From assembly GCA_052390615.1 (NCBI GenBank), contig JBQTGT010000010.1, positions 4,639 through 68,638 on the forward strand: a stretch of 64,000 nt of DNA, in the 5' to 3' direction. Positions 42,513 to 50,771 of the stretch are shown here, in pieces. How positions within the stretch are numbered: the first letter of the stretch is position 1; each line of letters starts with the position of its first letter. Both the position numbers and the translations under genes were made by a program. Source of the stretch: Actinomycetota bacterium. Lineage in GTDB: Bacteria > Actinomycetota > Acidimicrobiia > IMCC26256 > PALSA-610. The notes below the pieces were generated by a model. That model saw nothing but the letters and a program-made list of their open reading frames with translations, made no database searches and was not told the DNA's origin.

Positions 42513-43031
42513 TCAGTCGAGGCGCTGCATTTCCGCGCGGTAGCGCTCCCAGTTCCGCACGTATTCCGTCGCGGGATGCGTGATCATGTCGGGGGTCACG
42601 CTGCCCGGCCGGAGCTGGGCGGGAACACCGAGTGCCATCGCGCCCGTCGGTACTTCCATGCCGCCCGGGACGAGCGCGGCCGCGCCGACGAGCGCTCCGG
42701 TGCGAACGATCGCGTTGTGCAGCACGATCGAGCCGGTGCCGATGAGCGCACCGTTTTCGACGGTGCAGCCCTCGAGGTGCGCGAGGTGCCCGATCACGCA
42801 GTCGTCGCCGATGTGCGTTTCGAGCTGGCGGGTGCAGTGGATCACGGCGCCGTCCTGCACCGACGTGCGCGCGCCGATCACGATGCGGCTCTGGTCGCCG
42901 CGCAGCACGGCCTGCGGCCAGATCGTCGCGCCGGGCCCGACGACGACGTCGCCGATGATCGTCGCTTCGGGGTGCACGAACGCATCGGGGTCGATCTGCG
43001 GGGCGACGTCACCCAGGGCGTAGAGCGGCAT
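42513..43031 (-). CDS. Gamma-class carbonic anhydrase-like LbH protein
   Basis: Starts MPLYALGDVAPQIDPDAFVHPEATIIGDV and contains SVQDGAVIH and VIGHLAHLEGC, matching the family. Confidence 0.85.
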   Translation of the reverse strand: MPLYALGDVAPQIDPDAFVHPEATIIGDVVVGPGATIWPQAVLRGDQSRIVIGARTSVQDGAVIHCTRQLETHIGDDCVIGHLAHLEGCTVENGALIGTGSIVLHNAIVRTGALVGAAALVPGGMEVPTGAMALGVPAQLRPGSVTPDMITHPATEYVRNWERYRAEMQRLD

Positions 43032-43050
43032 GCGGCGTAGTCTGGCCTCC

Positions 43051-43851
43051 GTGAACACCCAGCTCCACGTGGAGGAAGTGGCGGATCAGGGATACACGAT
43101 CATCGAGGGCGCGATCGAACCCGACCTGGTCGACGCGTTGGCCGACGATCTGCGCGCCCTGGAGCGATGCTGCGACGTCCAGCCGTCGCCGAACTCGTTC
43201 GAGGGCCACCAGACGCTGCGCGTCTACAACCTGCTCGCGTTCGGCGAGCTGTACCGCCGGATCCCGGAGCACCCGTCGGTGCTTCCGGTCGTCGACGCGG
43301 TGCTCGATCCGGGGTGTCTCATCTCCTCCCTGTCGTCGATCGCGATACTGCCGGGCGAGACCGCGCAACCAATCCACGCGGACGACCAGCTGATCCCGCT
43401 CCCGAAGCCGCACCCGCCGACGGTGTGCAACTCCATGTGGGCGCTCACCGATTTCACCGAAGCGAACGGCGCGACCCGACTCGTTCCCGGCTCGCACTTG
43501 TGGGACCACAGCCCGAATTACGGCCAGCACTACGACTCGATCGCGGCGGAGATGCCGAAGGGATCGGTGCTGATCTGGCACGGCAGCCTGTGGCACGGCG
43601 GCGGCGCGAACACGACCAACGAGCGTCGAGTCGGTGTGGCGATGAATTATTGCGCGGGCTACATCCGCCAACAGGAGAACCAACAGCTCGGGTTGCCCCT
43701 CGCGACTGTCGCGGAGTTCTCGCCGCGCCTGCGCCAGCTCTGCGGCTTCGGCGTCTACAACATGCTCATCGGTCACATCAACAAGCATTCTCCAGACCAG
43801 CTGTTCTTCTCCGAGGACGACGCCAATGCGATGGTGTGGGACGGCATCTGA
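43051..43851 (+). CDS. Phytanoyl-CoA dioxygenase (PhyH) family Fe(II)/2OG oxygenase
   Basis: The HADD (HxD) motif in AQPIHADDQ, followed by GATRLVPGSH and LWHGGGAN. Start is GTG at 43051 or ATG at 43030. The ATG would overlap the divergent start codon. Confidence 0.8.
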   Translation: MNTQLHVEEVADQGYTIIEGAIEPDLVDALADDLRALERCCDVQPSPNSFEGHQTLRVYNLLAFGELYRRIPEHPSVLPVVDAVLDPGCLISSLSSIAILPGETAQPIHADDQLIPLPKPHPPTVCNSMWALTDFTEANGATRLVPGSHLWDHSPNYGQHYDSIAAEMPKGSVLIWHGSLWHGGGANTTNERRVGVAMNYCAGYIRQQENQQLGLPLATVAEFSPRLRQLCGFGVYNMLIGHINKHSPDQLFFSEDDANAMVWDGI

Positions 43852-44167
43852 GGCGCCGTTCGTCCCCCTCGGGGTTGTACCGGAGGCAGCCGGCAGACTG
43901 CTGATGCCGGCGATCATGGGCAATCAGCGCGCCGCCGTCGCGCTGTATACGGACGAGTGGGTCTCGGCCGCCGACGCGGTGGCCGCCGGCCTGGCCGTGC
44001 GGGCCGTGCCCGCCGACCAGGTGGTCGCCGCGCGCCGCGACGCGGTGCGCGGCGCTCGCGCCCACGAGGACGCGAGGACGCGAGGACGCGAGGACGCGAC
44101 CTTCGCCCGGATGGTCGGCACGGCCGACCATCGCGATGCGCTCACCAGCTTCCTCGGCCGCGACTGA
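43826..44167 (+). pseudogene. C-terminal remnant of an enoyl-CoA hydratase/isomerase (crotonase) gene
   Basis: GVVPEAAGRLLMPAIMGNQRAAVALYTDEWVSAADAVAAGLAVRAVP...TADHRDALTSFLGR matches only the last ~110 residues of crotonases. The ~150-aa N-terminal core is absent, and the remnant contains an 8-bp microsatellite. Confidence 0.45.
44066..44097. repeat. Perfect (GAGGACGC)x4 octanucleotide microsatellite
   Basis: Four exact 8-bp units plus a partial fifth (GAC). The unit length is not a multiple of 3. Confidence 0.9.
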
Positions 44168-44209
44168 AACCGGCCTCAGGGGCCGCAGCGGGATGCCGAT
44201 GAGGACGAG

Positions 44210-45121
44210 ATGACCGACGACGTCGTGGCCCTCCTCCTCGATGACCGGATCCCCGCGGCCCGCTTGGGTGCGTTGTTGCTCGCGGCGCGCAAGCGGCGGG
44301 GCTGGAAGCGGCGGCGGGCCGCCGCCGAAGCCGGGATCTCCATCACCTGCCTGCGCGACTACGAGCGCGGCCTCGAACCCGTCCCGGCCGAAGTGTGCGC
44401 GCGGCTCGCGCAAGCTTACGGCGACGACCTCACCGCGCACGTGCCCTTGCGCATGCCGGTCCGCATCGATGACGGATATCTCGTCGTCGATCACGACGCG
44501 CAGCCCGTCGCGGGCGCGGGCGGCGAGCGCGCGGTACTCGAGTCGTACACCGAACTGCTCCGCCGGTTGCGAACCGTCCGGCCCGGCCAACCGGTGCCGT
44601 TGCGCGCTTGTGACCTGGCCGCGTTGTCCACCGCGCTCGGCACGGACTCGAACGAGATCGAACTCCAGATCGTCGAGCTGTTGGGCTGCAGCCGCGACGA
44701 AGCGGCCGCGCTGCGCATCGAGTTGCTGCGCCGCAAAGTGATCCTGCCCGTCGCCGGACTGGCGGCCGGTATCGCGATGCTGACCGGCGCGCAATGGCAC
44801 CCCGCCGCACACAGCGACGCGCCGGATCAGCCGCCGGTTCCCGTTGCGACCGTCGAATCGCTGCCGGAGACGACCCTGATCGCCGAGCACGCGGTCGCGC
44901 CGGTCGTGGATCTGCCGGCGCCGCCGCCGATCGAGATCGCGCCGCCGGCCACGGCCGATCCCGCGCCGGCACCCGAAGGGCTCCCCGCACCCACGGCCGC
45001 GGTCGAGGCGCCGGAGGAACTGGCACCGCCGGTCGATCCGGGCGTGTCGATCCCCGAGGGCGAGATCGAGTCGATCATCGAGATCGGCGATCCGGACTGG
45101 GCAGGCGACGGCCCGCCGTAG
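44210..45121 (+). CDS. XRE-like HTH protein with one TM helix and a Pro-rich extracytoplasmic tail
   Basis: Contains RKRRGWKRRRAAAEAGISITCLRDYERG (HTH), a TM helix (ILPVAGLAAGIAMLTGA) and a PxP-rich C-terminus. Confidence 0.6.
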   Translation: MTDDVVALLLDDRIPAARLGALLLAARKRRGWKRRRAAAEAGISITCLRDYERGLEPVPAEVCARLAQAYGDDLTAHVPLRMPVRIDDGYLVVDHDAQPVAGAGGERAVLESYTELLRRLRTVRPGQPVPLRACDLAALSTALGTDSNEIELQIVELLGCSRDEAAALRIELLRRKVILPVAGLAAGIAMLTGAQWHPAAHSDAPDQPPVPVATVESLPETTLIAEHAVAPVVDLPAPPPIEIAPPATADPAPAPEGLPAPTAAVEAPEELAPPVDPGVSIPEGEIESIIEIGDPDWAGDGPP

Positions 45122-45136
45122 CGATTTGTGTACGAA

Positions 45137-47110
45137 CTACGACCCGGCGATGAGGTGCCACGCCTTCTCGCGCACGAAGCTGCGAATCCCCGATTCCGAC
45201 ATCGATACGCCCAGGCCGGAGTGGCGCCGCCCCGCCCACGGCAGCCGCACTGTCGACCGATCGGCCGTGTTCCAGTACGCGTTCCCGACGTCGAGCCGGT
45301 CGAGAATGCGCGCCGCGCGTTCGCGGTCACGTGAGAACACCGCCGCGCCGAGCCCGTACCGCGTGTCGTCCATACGCGCGATCGCGTCGTCGTCGTCGAC
45401 GACGCGCGCAAGTCCGATAACGGGACCGAACGACTCGTCGCGCATCAGCCGCATGCCGTCGTCGACGTCGACCAAGACGGTCGGGGCGAACCAGTTTCCG
45501 GGCCGGTCGAGGCGTTCGCCTCCGCACCCCAACCGCGCGCCCCGCTGCACGGCTTCTCGCACCTGGTCGTCGAGCACATCGAGCGCGGCCGCGCGGGCAA
45601 GTGGCCCGATGTCGGTCGCCTCGTCGGTGGGATCGCCGACCCGATACTGCCGTACGACCTCAACGAAGGCGTCGACGAAAACGTCCCATATGTCGGAGTG
45701 GACGTACACCCGCTCGGTCGCGCTGCACGACTGCCCCGCGTTGTAGAACGCGCCGTTGGCGACGCCGATTGCCGCCGCGACGACATCGACGTCGTCGCAG
45801 ACATAGGCGGCGTCCTTGCCGCCAAGTTCGAGTTGGAGTCTCATCAGGCGGTCGGCGGCGGTCGCGACAAGCTGTCCGGTGGCATAGGAACCGGTGAAGC
45901 ACACCATGTCGACGTCTTCGTCGACGAGCGCGGCACCAGTCGCCCCCGGTCCGACGACCGTCTGCACGATGTCGACCGGAACCCCGGCGCGGTGCATCAC
46001 GTCGACGATCCGCAAGCCGGTGAGCGTCGCCAGCTCCGAAGGCTTGTACAACACGGCATTGCCGCAGAGGAGCGCGGGCGCAATCGAATTCAGTGCTACG
46101 AAGTAGGGATAGTTCCACGCGCTGATGTGCACGACGACGCCGACCGGCTCGCAGGTCACTCGCTCTTCCAACTCACCGCCGTGGCGAACGACGCGGACCG
46201 CGGTCACTTCGCCCGCGTGGTCGATATTCCAGTCGATGCGGTCGAGTACCGCGGTGATTTCAGTGCGCGCCTGGCGTATCGGCTTGCCCATCTCGGTCGT
46301 CGTGAGCACCGCGCACTCGTCGATCTCGGCCGCGAGCAGGTCGCGGAACGCCCGCAGCAGGGCCGCCCGCTCCGCGTACGGACGCGCGGCCCAGGCGGAT
46401 TGGGCCCGGCGCGCCCGGGCGAGCTTCTGCGCGATCTCACTCGGTTCGGTGATCGCGACCGCCCGCACGAGCTCGCCGTCGGCGGGATTGTGGATCTCGA
46501 TCGAGTGCGCCACCGCGGGCGTCGGTGCCGATGCGGGCGGGACGGACGCGGCCACGGGCACGATCACTTCGGGAACGGCGGCGGGCGCGGCCGGCGCCGA
46601 CGCCGCCGCGACTTCACCATCGTGGGACATCAGCTCGGCCCAGCGCGACTCCTTTTGGCCGGGTCGGCGCGGGAGCTGCGTGGTGAACGCGCGTGCACCA
46701 AGTCGCGCCAGCACATCCTCGACGTCATCGAGGGAACGGAACCGATGCCACCGCTCGGTGCGCTGTTTAAGCTCCCCCGGTGTCTGCGCGCCGCGCAGCA
46801 ACAGCACACCGATCACGGAGAACTCGGCCGCGTCGATACCGAGCGTCTCGTCGGCGACGTGGCGGTGCTTCACAACCCGCTGACCGGTCGACCGCACTCG
46901 TCGGCTCAGGCCCTTCTCGCGCAGCGACTCGAGCGCATGCTCGACGACATCATCGCCGTAGCGCACGACCGGGTCACGGTTCGTCGTCTGGTTGCAGGCG
47001 GTGACGAGCGCGTTCAGCGACAGGGGATAGTTGTCCGGCGTCGTCACCGCCTTCTCCATGAGACAGCCGAGCACACGCGCCTCCTCGGCCGTCACGAAAA
47101 TCGGCGTCAT
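45137..47110 (-). CDS. YceH (DUF480) domain fused to an aldehyde dehydrogenase domain
   Basis: The N-terminal ~165 aa align along the whole length of E. coli YceH as I remember it (EARVLGCLMEKAVTTPDNYPLSLNALVTACNQTTNRDPV, LLLRGAQTPGELKQR). A Pro/Ala linker follows, then an ALDH domain with ELGGKDAAYV and NAGQSCSATER. Confidence 0.8.
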   Translation of the reverse strand: MTPIFVTAEEARVLGCLMEKAVTTPDNYPLSLNALVTACNQTTNRDPVVRYGDDVVEHALESLREKGLSRRVRSTGQRVVKHRHVADETLGIDAAEFSVIGVLLLRGAQTPGELKQRTERWHRFRSLDDVEDVLARLGARAFTTQLPRRPGQKESRWAELMSHDGEVAAASAPAAPAAVPEVIVPVAASVPPASAPTPAVAHSIEIHNPADGELVRAVAITEPSEIAQKLARARRAQSAWAARPYAERAALLRAFRDLLAAEIDECAVLTTTEMGKPIRQARTEITAVLDRIDWNIDHAGEVTAVRVVRHGGELEERVTCEPVGVVVHISAWNYPYFVALNSIAPALLCGNAVLYKPSELATLTGLRIVDVMHRAGVPVDIVQTVVGPGATGAALVDEDVDMVCFTGSYATGQLVATAADRLMRLQLELGGKDAAYVCDDVDVVAAAIGVANGAFYNAGQSCSATERVYVHSDIWDVFVDAFVEVVRQYRVGDPTDEATDIGPLARAAALDVLDDQVREAVQRGARLGCGGERLDRPGNWFAPTVLVDVDDGMRLMRDESFGPVIGLARVVDDDDAIARMDDTRYGLGAAVFSRDRERAARILDRLDVGNAYWNTADRSTVRLPWAGRRHSGLGVSMSESGIRSFVREKAWHLIAGS

Positions 47111-48151
47111 CTAGCCACCGTGCACCAGCTCGGCAATCTCTCGAAGCTGCGCCGCACCACCCGAAACGAGCATGGTCGTGACGATCGACTCGCGCCACAT
47201 CTCGAGATCGTCGCGGATCTTCTCTTTGGGCCCGACCAACGCGACGTCCTCGACCAGCCGAGTCGGCACCGCCGCGGCCGCTTCCTCCTTCTTGCCTTCG
47301 AGGTACAAGTCCTGGATCGTCTTTGCTTGCGCCTCGTACCCCATGCGCGCGAATACGTCGTTGTGGAAGTTCACGTCGCGCGCGCCCATGCCGCCGATGT
47401 ACAACGCCAGCATCGGCCGGTAGGTATCGGCCGCGGCCTCGATGTCGTCATGGATGATGACGGGCACGATGCACGCAACCTCGAACTCCTCAGGAGTCCG
47501 GCGCGCGCCGGGCCGCGCGAACCCCTCGTCGAGGGCGGCGCGATAGAAGCCGTCGACACGCGGTCCGTAGAACAGTGCGATCCACCCGTCGGCGATCTCG
47601 GCTGTCAGCGCCACGTTCTTCGGACCCTCGGACGCCAAGTAGATCGGCAGGTCGGCCCGCAATGGATGCGTGATCGACTTCAGCGGCTTGCCGAAGCCAG
47701 TACCGCCCCGGCGCGGCATCTGGTAGTGCCGACCCTGGAAGTTCACCGGCTCGTCCCGCGCGAGCACGCGCCGCACGATCTCGACGTACTCGCGCGTGCG
47801 CGCCAGCGGCCGGCTGTAGTCGTCGCCGTACCAGCCCTCCGCGACCTGCGGGCCCGACGCACCCAGGCCGAGAATGAACCGGCCGCCGGACAAATGATCG
47901 AGTGTGAGCGCGGCCATCGCCATCGCGGCGGGCGAGCGCGCGGAGAGCTGGCAGATCGACGTGCCGAGCTTCATCGTCGTCGTCGCCGCGCCCCACCACG
48001 CGAGTGGCGTGAGCGCGTCCGAGCCGTACGCCTCCGCGGTCCAGCACGAGTCGTAGCCGAGTCGCTCCGCTTCGCGCAGCGTGGCCGGGACGTCGACGGG
48101 CGGCTGCGCGCCCCAGTAACCGATCGTGTAGCCGAGCTTGAGATCGTTCAT
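47111..48151 (-). CDS. LLM class F420-dependent oxidoreductase
   Basis: Starts MNDLKLGYTIGYW and contains LDHLSGGRFILGLGASGPQV. Its stop directly abuts the start of the YceH-ALDH gene. Confidence 0.85.
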   Translation of the reverse strand: MNDLKLGYTIGYWGAQPPVDVPATLREAERLGYDSCWTAEAYGSDALTPLAWWGAATTTMKLGTSICQLSARSPAAMAMAALTLDHLSGGRFILGLGASGPQVAEGWYGDDYSRPLARTREYVEIVRRVLARDEPVNFQGRHYQMPRRGGTGFGKPLKSITHPLRADLPIYLASEGPKNVALTAEIADGWIALFYGPRVDGFYRAALDEGFARPGARRTPEEFEVACIVPVIIHDDIEAAADTYRPMLALYIGGMGARDVNFHNDVFARMGYEAQAKTIQDLYLEGKKEEAAAAVPTRLVEDVALVGPKEKIRDDLEMWRESIVTTMLVSGGAAQLREIAELVHGG

Positions 48152-48202
48152 CGCCGCATTATGGCGGCAACCGACGAGCGCGCGCGCCGTAGCCTGCACA
48201 CC

Positions 48203-48883
48203 GTGACGACCCCGCCCGAAGGCTTCCGCCAACACCGCTTCGAAGTGTCGGCGGGCGCGACGATCGTGCTGCTCGTTCGCCACGGCGAGTCGGCGCCCGT
48301 GCATCCCGACCGACCGTTCCCCCTACGCGATGGCCACGGCGATCCGCCCCTCGACCCGTTCGGCGAGAAGCAGGCCGAGCTGCTCGCCGACCGACTCGAG
48401 CACGAGCGCGTCGACGCCATCTACGTCAGCACGCTCCAGCGCACGCACCAGACGGCAGCGCCGCTCGCGGCGCGGCTCGGGATCACGCCTGCCGAAGAGC
48501 CCGATCTGCGCGAGGTATTCCTCGGCGAGTGGGAAGGCGGCGAGTTCCGGGTCCGAGCCGCGGCCGGCGATCCGATCTTTCGCGAGATCTGGGAGCGGGA
48601 GCGCTGGGACGTGATCCCGGGCGCCGAGAACCACGACGAGTTCGACGCGCGAGTCTGGGATGCGCTCCAACGGATCGTCTCCGCCCACCCCGACGGCCGG
48701 GTCGTCGCGGTCGCGCACGGCGGCGTCATCGGCCAACTCCTGCATCGGGTGAGCGGCTCCACGCGCTTCGCCTTCTCGGGCGCGGACAACGCGTCGATCA
48801 GCGAGATCGTCGTCACGCCGGAGCGCATCATGCTGCGCCGCTACAACGACGTCGCGCACCTGCTCCCGCTCGTCAACCTCTGA
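48203..48883 (+). CDS. Histidine phosphatase (phosphoglycerate mutase-like) family protein
   Basis: Contains LLVRHGES (RHG motif) and VAVAHGGVI. GTG start at 48203. Only this tail of the 1061-aa ORF looks coding. Confidence 0.8.
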   Translation: MTTPPEGFRQHRFEVSAGATIVLLVRHGESAPVHPDRPFPLRDGHGDPPLDPFGEKQAELLADRLEHERVDAIYVSTLQRTHQTAAPLAARLGITPAEEPDLREVFLGEWEGGEFRVRAAAGDPIFREIWERERWDVIPGAENHDEFDARVWDALQRIVSAHPDGRVVAVAHGGVIGQLLHRVSGSTRFAFSGADNASISEIVVTPERIMLRRYNDVAHLLPLVNL

Positions 48884-49472
48884 CGGCGGCTGCAAGCGCG
48901 TCAACGAGGAGCGCCAGATCAGGCTCACGGCGCACTCGCGGCGGCAGCTCGATCTGCACGCCTCCGTTACGCGCCCGGTTCACCGGATTCGCCGGGTGCA
49001 GGCCGCGCAAATGCGCAGGAATGACGTCGAGCTCGTCGACCCAGCGGTACTGCGGGAGCGCGGTCCGTAACTCGCGCGTGATCGCCATCGCCAGCTCACG
49101 ATTGCCGCCGCCGAGGAGAGCGGTGGTCCACCGATCGTCGGCGCCGCGCAGCCCGCCAAACCCGTGCACCGATACGACGACGTCGACGTGCGCGAGGAAC
49201 TCGGCGAGTCCGTCGGCATGGTCGGGGTCATAGCGGTGCGACGGAATGTGCCACCGCAGATCCGCGGGCTGCACTACCGCGTAGAACGACGCGCCGGCGG
49301 CGTGCGCGGCGGCGGCCGCGATCTCGGCCGTTCCCTCTTCGAGTCCCCCATGGAGCGCGAGGAACCCGACCCGCGACCCGAATGTCACGCGTTCGACGAC
49401 TCCCGGACACGCGAGCAATTCGGCCAGCAGCACTGCGTCAGTGTACGAGCAGTTGGTCCGAGTCATTGCCAT
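48873..49472 (-). CDS. Poly-gamma-glutamate hydrolase-like (DUF867/YjqB) family protein
   Basis: Contains FLALHGGLEEGT, VSVHGF and NRARNGGVQIELP, matching the phage-related replication/PGA hydrolase family as I recall it. Confidence 0.7.
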   Translation of the reverse strand: MAMTRTNCSYTDAVLLAELLACPGVVERVTFGSRVGFLALHGGLEEGTAEIAAAAAHAAGASFYAVVQPADLRWHIPSHRYDPDHADGLAEFLAHVDVVVSVHGFGGLRGADDRWTTALLGGGNRELAMAITRELRTALPQYRWVDELDVIPAHLRGLHPANPVNRARNGGVQIELPPRVRREPDLALLVDALAAAVRG

Positions 49473-49519
49473 TCTCGGGAACCTGGCCTACCGAACCGGT
49501 GCGCGATGTTCCCGAGAAT
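49471..49519. promoter_or_regulatory. 12-bp perfect inverted repeat (25-nt loop) overlapping the DUF867 start codon
   Basis: ATTCTCGGGAAC (49471-49482) and GTTCCCGAGAAT (49508-49519). On the minus-strand mRNA the 3' arm ends in the AT of the ATG. Confidence 0.4.
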
Positions 49520-50052
49520 GCGCGTCACTCGCCGAGTTGCGCGCCATTTGAGCGAGGATCTCCGGTGGCACGAAGTTGTTCTCGGTTGTCGTTTCGGCTT
49601 CGGTGAGCTCGACCATGCGGGTGACGACTTCGGCGGGATCCATCCGACCGCCAGTGACGAGGTCGCGCATCATCTTGAACATGGGTGTCGCGGGCGCGTT
49701 GAGTGATTCGTCGCCGAACCACTCCCACATCGAGTCCGCCATGCGGTCGTTGAAGCCGGTCAGATACGGACCAGGGTTTCAGCAGCGTCACGTCGATGCC
49801 TTGCGGTGTCAACTCGGCGCGCATGGTCTTGCCCATCGCTTCCAACGCGTGCTGCGTCATCGAATACGGTCCGAACGACGGGCCGCACATGACGCCGGCG
49901 ATCGACGACATGATGATGACCCGACCAGCACCCTTGGCCACCATGCGCGCCAGCACCTGCTGCGTGATGGCCAGCGTGCCGAACACGTTGACCTCGAAGA
50001 GGTGCCGGACGCGATCCAACGGTACGTCCGCGAACGTAGAGGCTGTTCAAGC
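49488..50052 (-). pseudogene. SDR oxidoreductase remnant: 5'-truncated and frameshifted
   Basis: FADVPLDRVRHLFEVNVFG...IIMSSIAGV...YSMTQHALEAM reads in one frame and continues as PGPYLTGFNDRMADSMWEW in another. The shift is in the AAACCC run at 49774-49779. The Rossmann N-terminus (TGxxxGxG) is missing, and there is an in-frame stop at 50053-50055. Confidence 0.6.
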
Positions 50053-50069
50053 CTCAACGTGAACGGCGA

Positions 50070-50771
50070 TCACGCGTCGTGGACGCGGACTCTCAGGCGC
50101 TTGTTGCCCTTGCCCTTGCTTTCGGTCTTGACGACTTCGAAGCGGCCGATCTCGCCCGTTGAGCGGACGTGCGTGCCGCCGTCGGCCTGCTTGTCGAGGC
50201 CGACAATGTCGACGACGCGGATCTCAGTAACCGAATCCGGGATGAGGTTGACCTTGGTGCGAATGAGGTCGTCGTCCTTCAGCGCGATATCGCGCGGCAG
50301 AAACTCGACCTCGATCGGACGGTCAGCGGCGATCTCTGCGTTGACCAGATCCTGCACGCGCGGCGCGAAGCCTTCGGGCAGCGGCTCGAACTCGAAGTCC
50401 ATGCGCGCTTCGAGCGGCTCCATGTTTCCGCCGGTGACCGCCTTTCCCCACTCGTTCCAGATCACGCCGCACAGCACGTGCATCGCCGAGTGCGTGCGCA
50501 TGAGCTGGTGCCGCCGGCCCCACTCGACCACACCGGTCACCGTCGCACCCACGTCGGGGACGGCGCCGTCGAGGGTGTGCCACACCGCGTCACCCTCCTT
50601 GCGCACTTCGACAACCGGCGTACCGTCGAGCGTGCCGACGTCGTGCGGCTGCCCGCCACCGGTCGGATAGAACGCAGTCCGGTCGAGCGCGACGCGCGCG
50701 CCGTCGACCGCAGCGACGGTCGCGCCGAACTCCAACAAGTACGCGTCGCGCAGGTAGAGCAGCTCGGTCAC
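50070..50771 (-). CDS. AlaX-like alanyl/threonyl-tRNA editing domain protein
   Basis: Contains FYPTGGGQPHDVG, the HxxxH motif THSAMHVL, and GGTHV. The GTG start overlaps the upstream stop (GTGA). Confidence 0.8.
   Translation of the reverse strand: MTELLYLRDAYLLEFGATVAAVDGARVALDRTAFYPTGGGQPHDVGTLDGTPVVEVRKEGDAVWHTLDGAVPDVGATVTGVVEWGRRHQLMRTHSAMHVLCGVIWNEWGKAVTGGNMEPLEARMDFEFEPLPEGFAPRVQDLVNAEIAADRPIEVEFLPRDIALKDDDLIRTKVNLIPDSVTEIRVVDIVGLDKQADGGTHVRSTGEIGRFEVVKTESKGKGNKRLRVRVHDA

Noticed and set aside
43029-43032. The divergent gamma-carbonic-anhydrase-like and PhyH genes appear to share overlapping start codons in the palindrome GCATGC.
   Set aside because: This is more likely an artefact of taking the longest ORF. 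An in-frame GTG at 43051 gives a normal PhyH N-terminus, so I did not treat the overlap as a real feature.
45698-48202. A 1061-aa plus-strand ORF (45698-48883) covering the antisense of the YceH-ALDH and LLM genes.
   Set aside because: The translation is Arg/Gly/Ala/Pro-rich with no motifs, which is typical shadow-ORF behaviour in high-GC DNA. The opposite strand carries clear ALDH and LLM motifs. Only the last 227 codons (from the GTG at 48203) look like a real histidine phosphatase gene.
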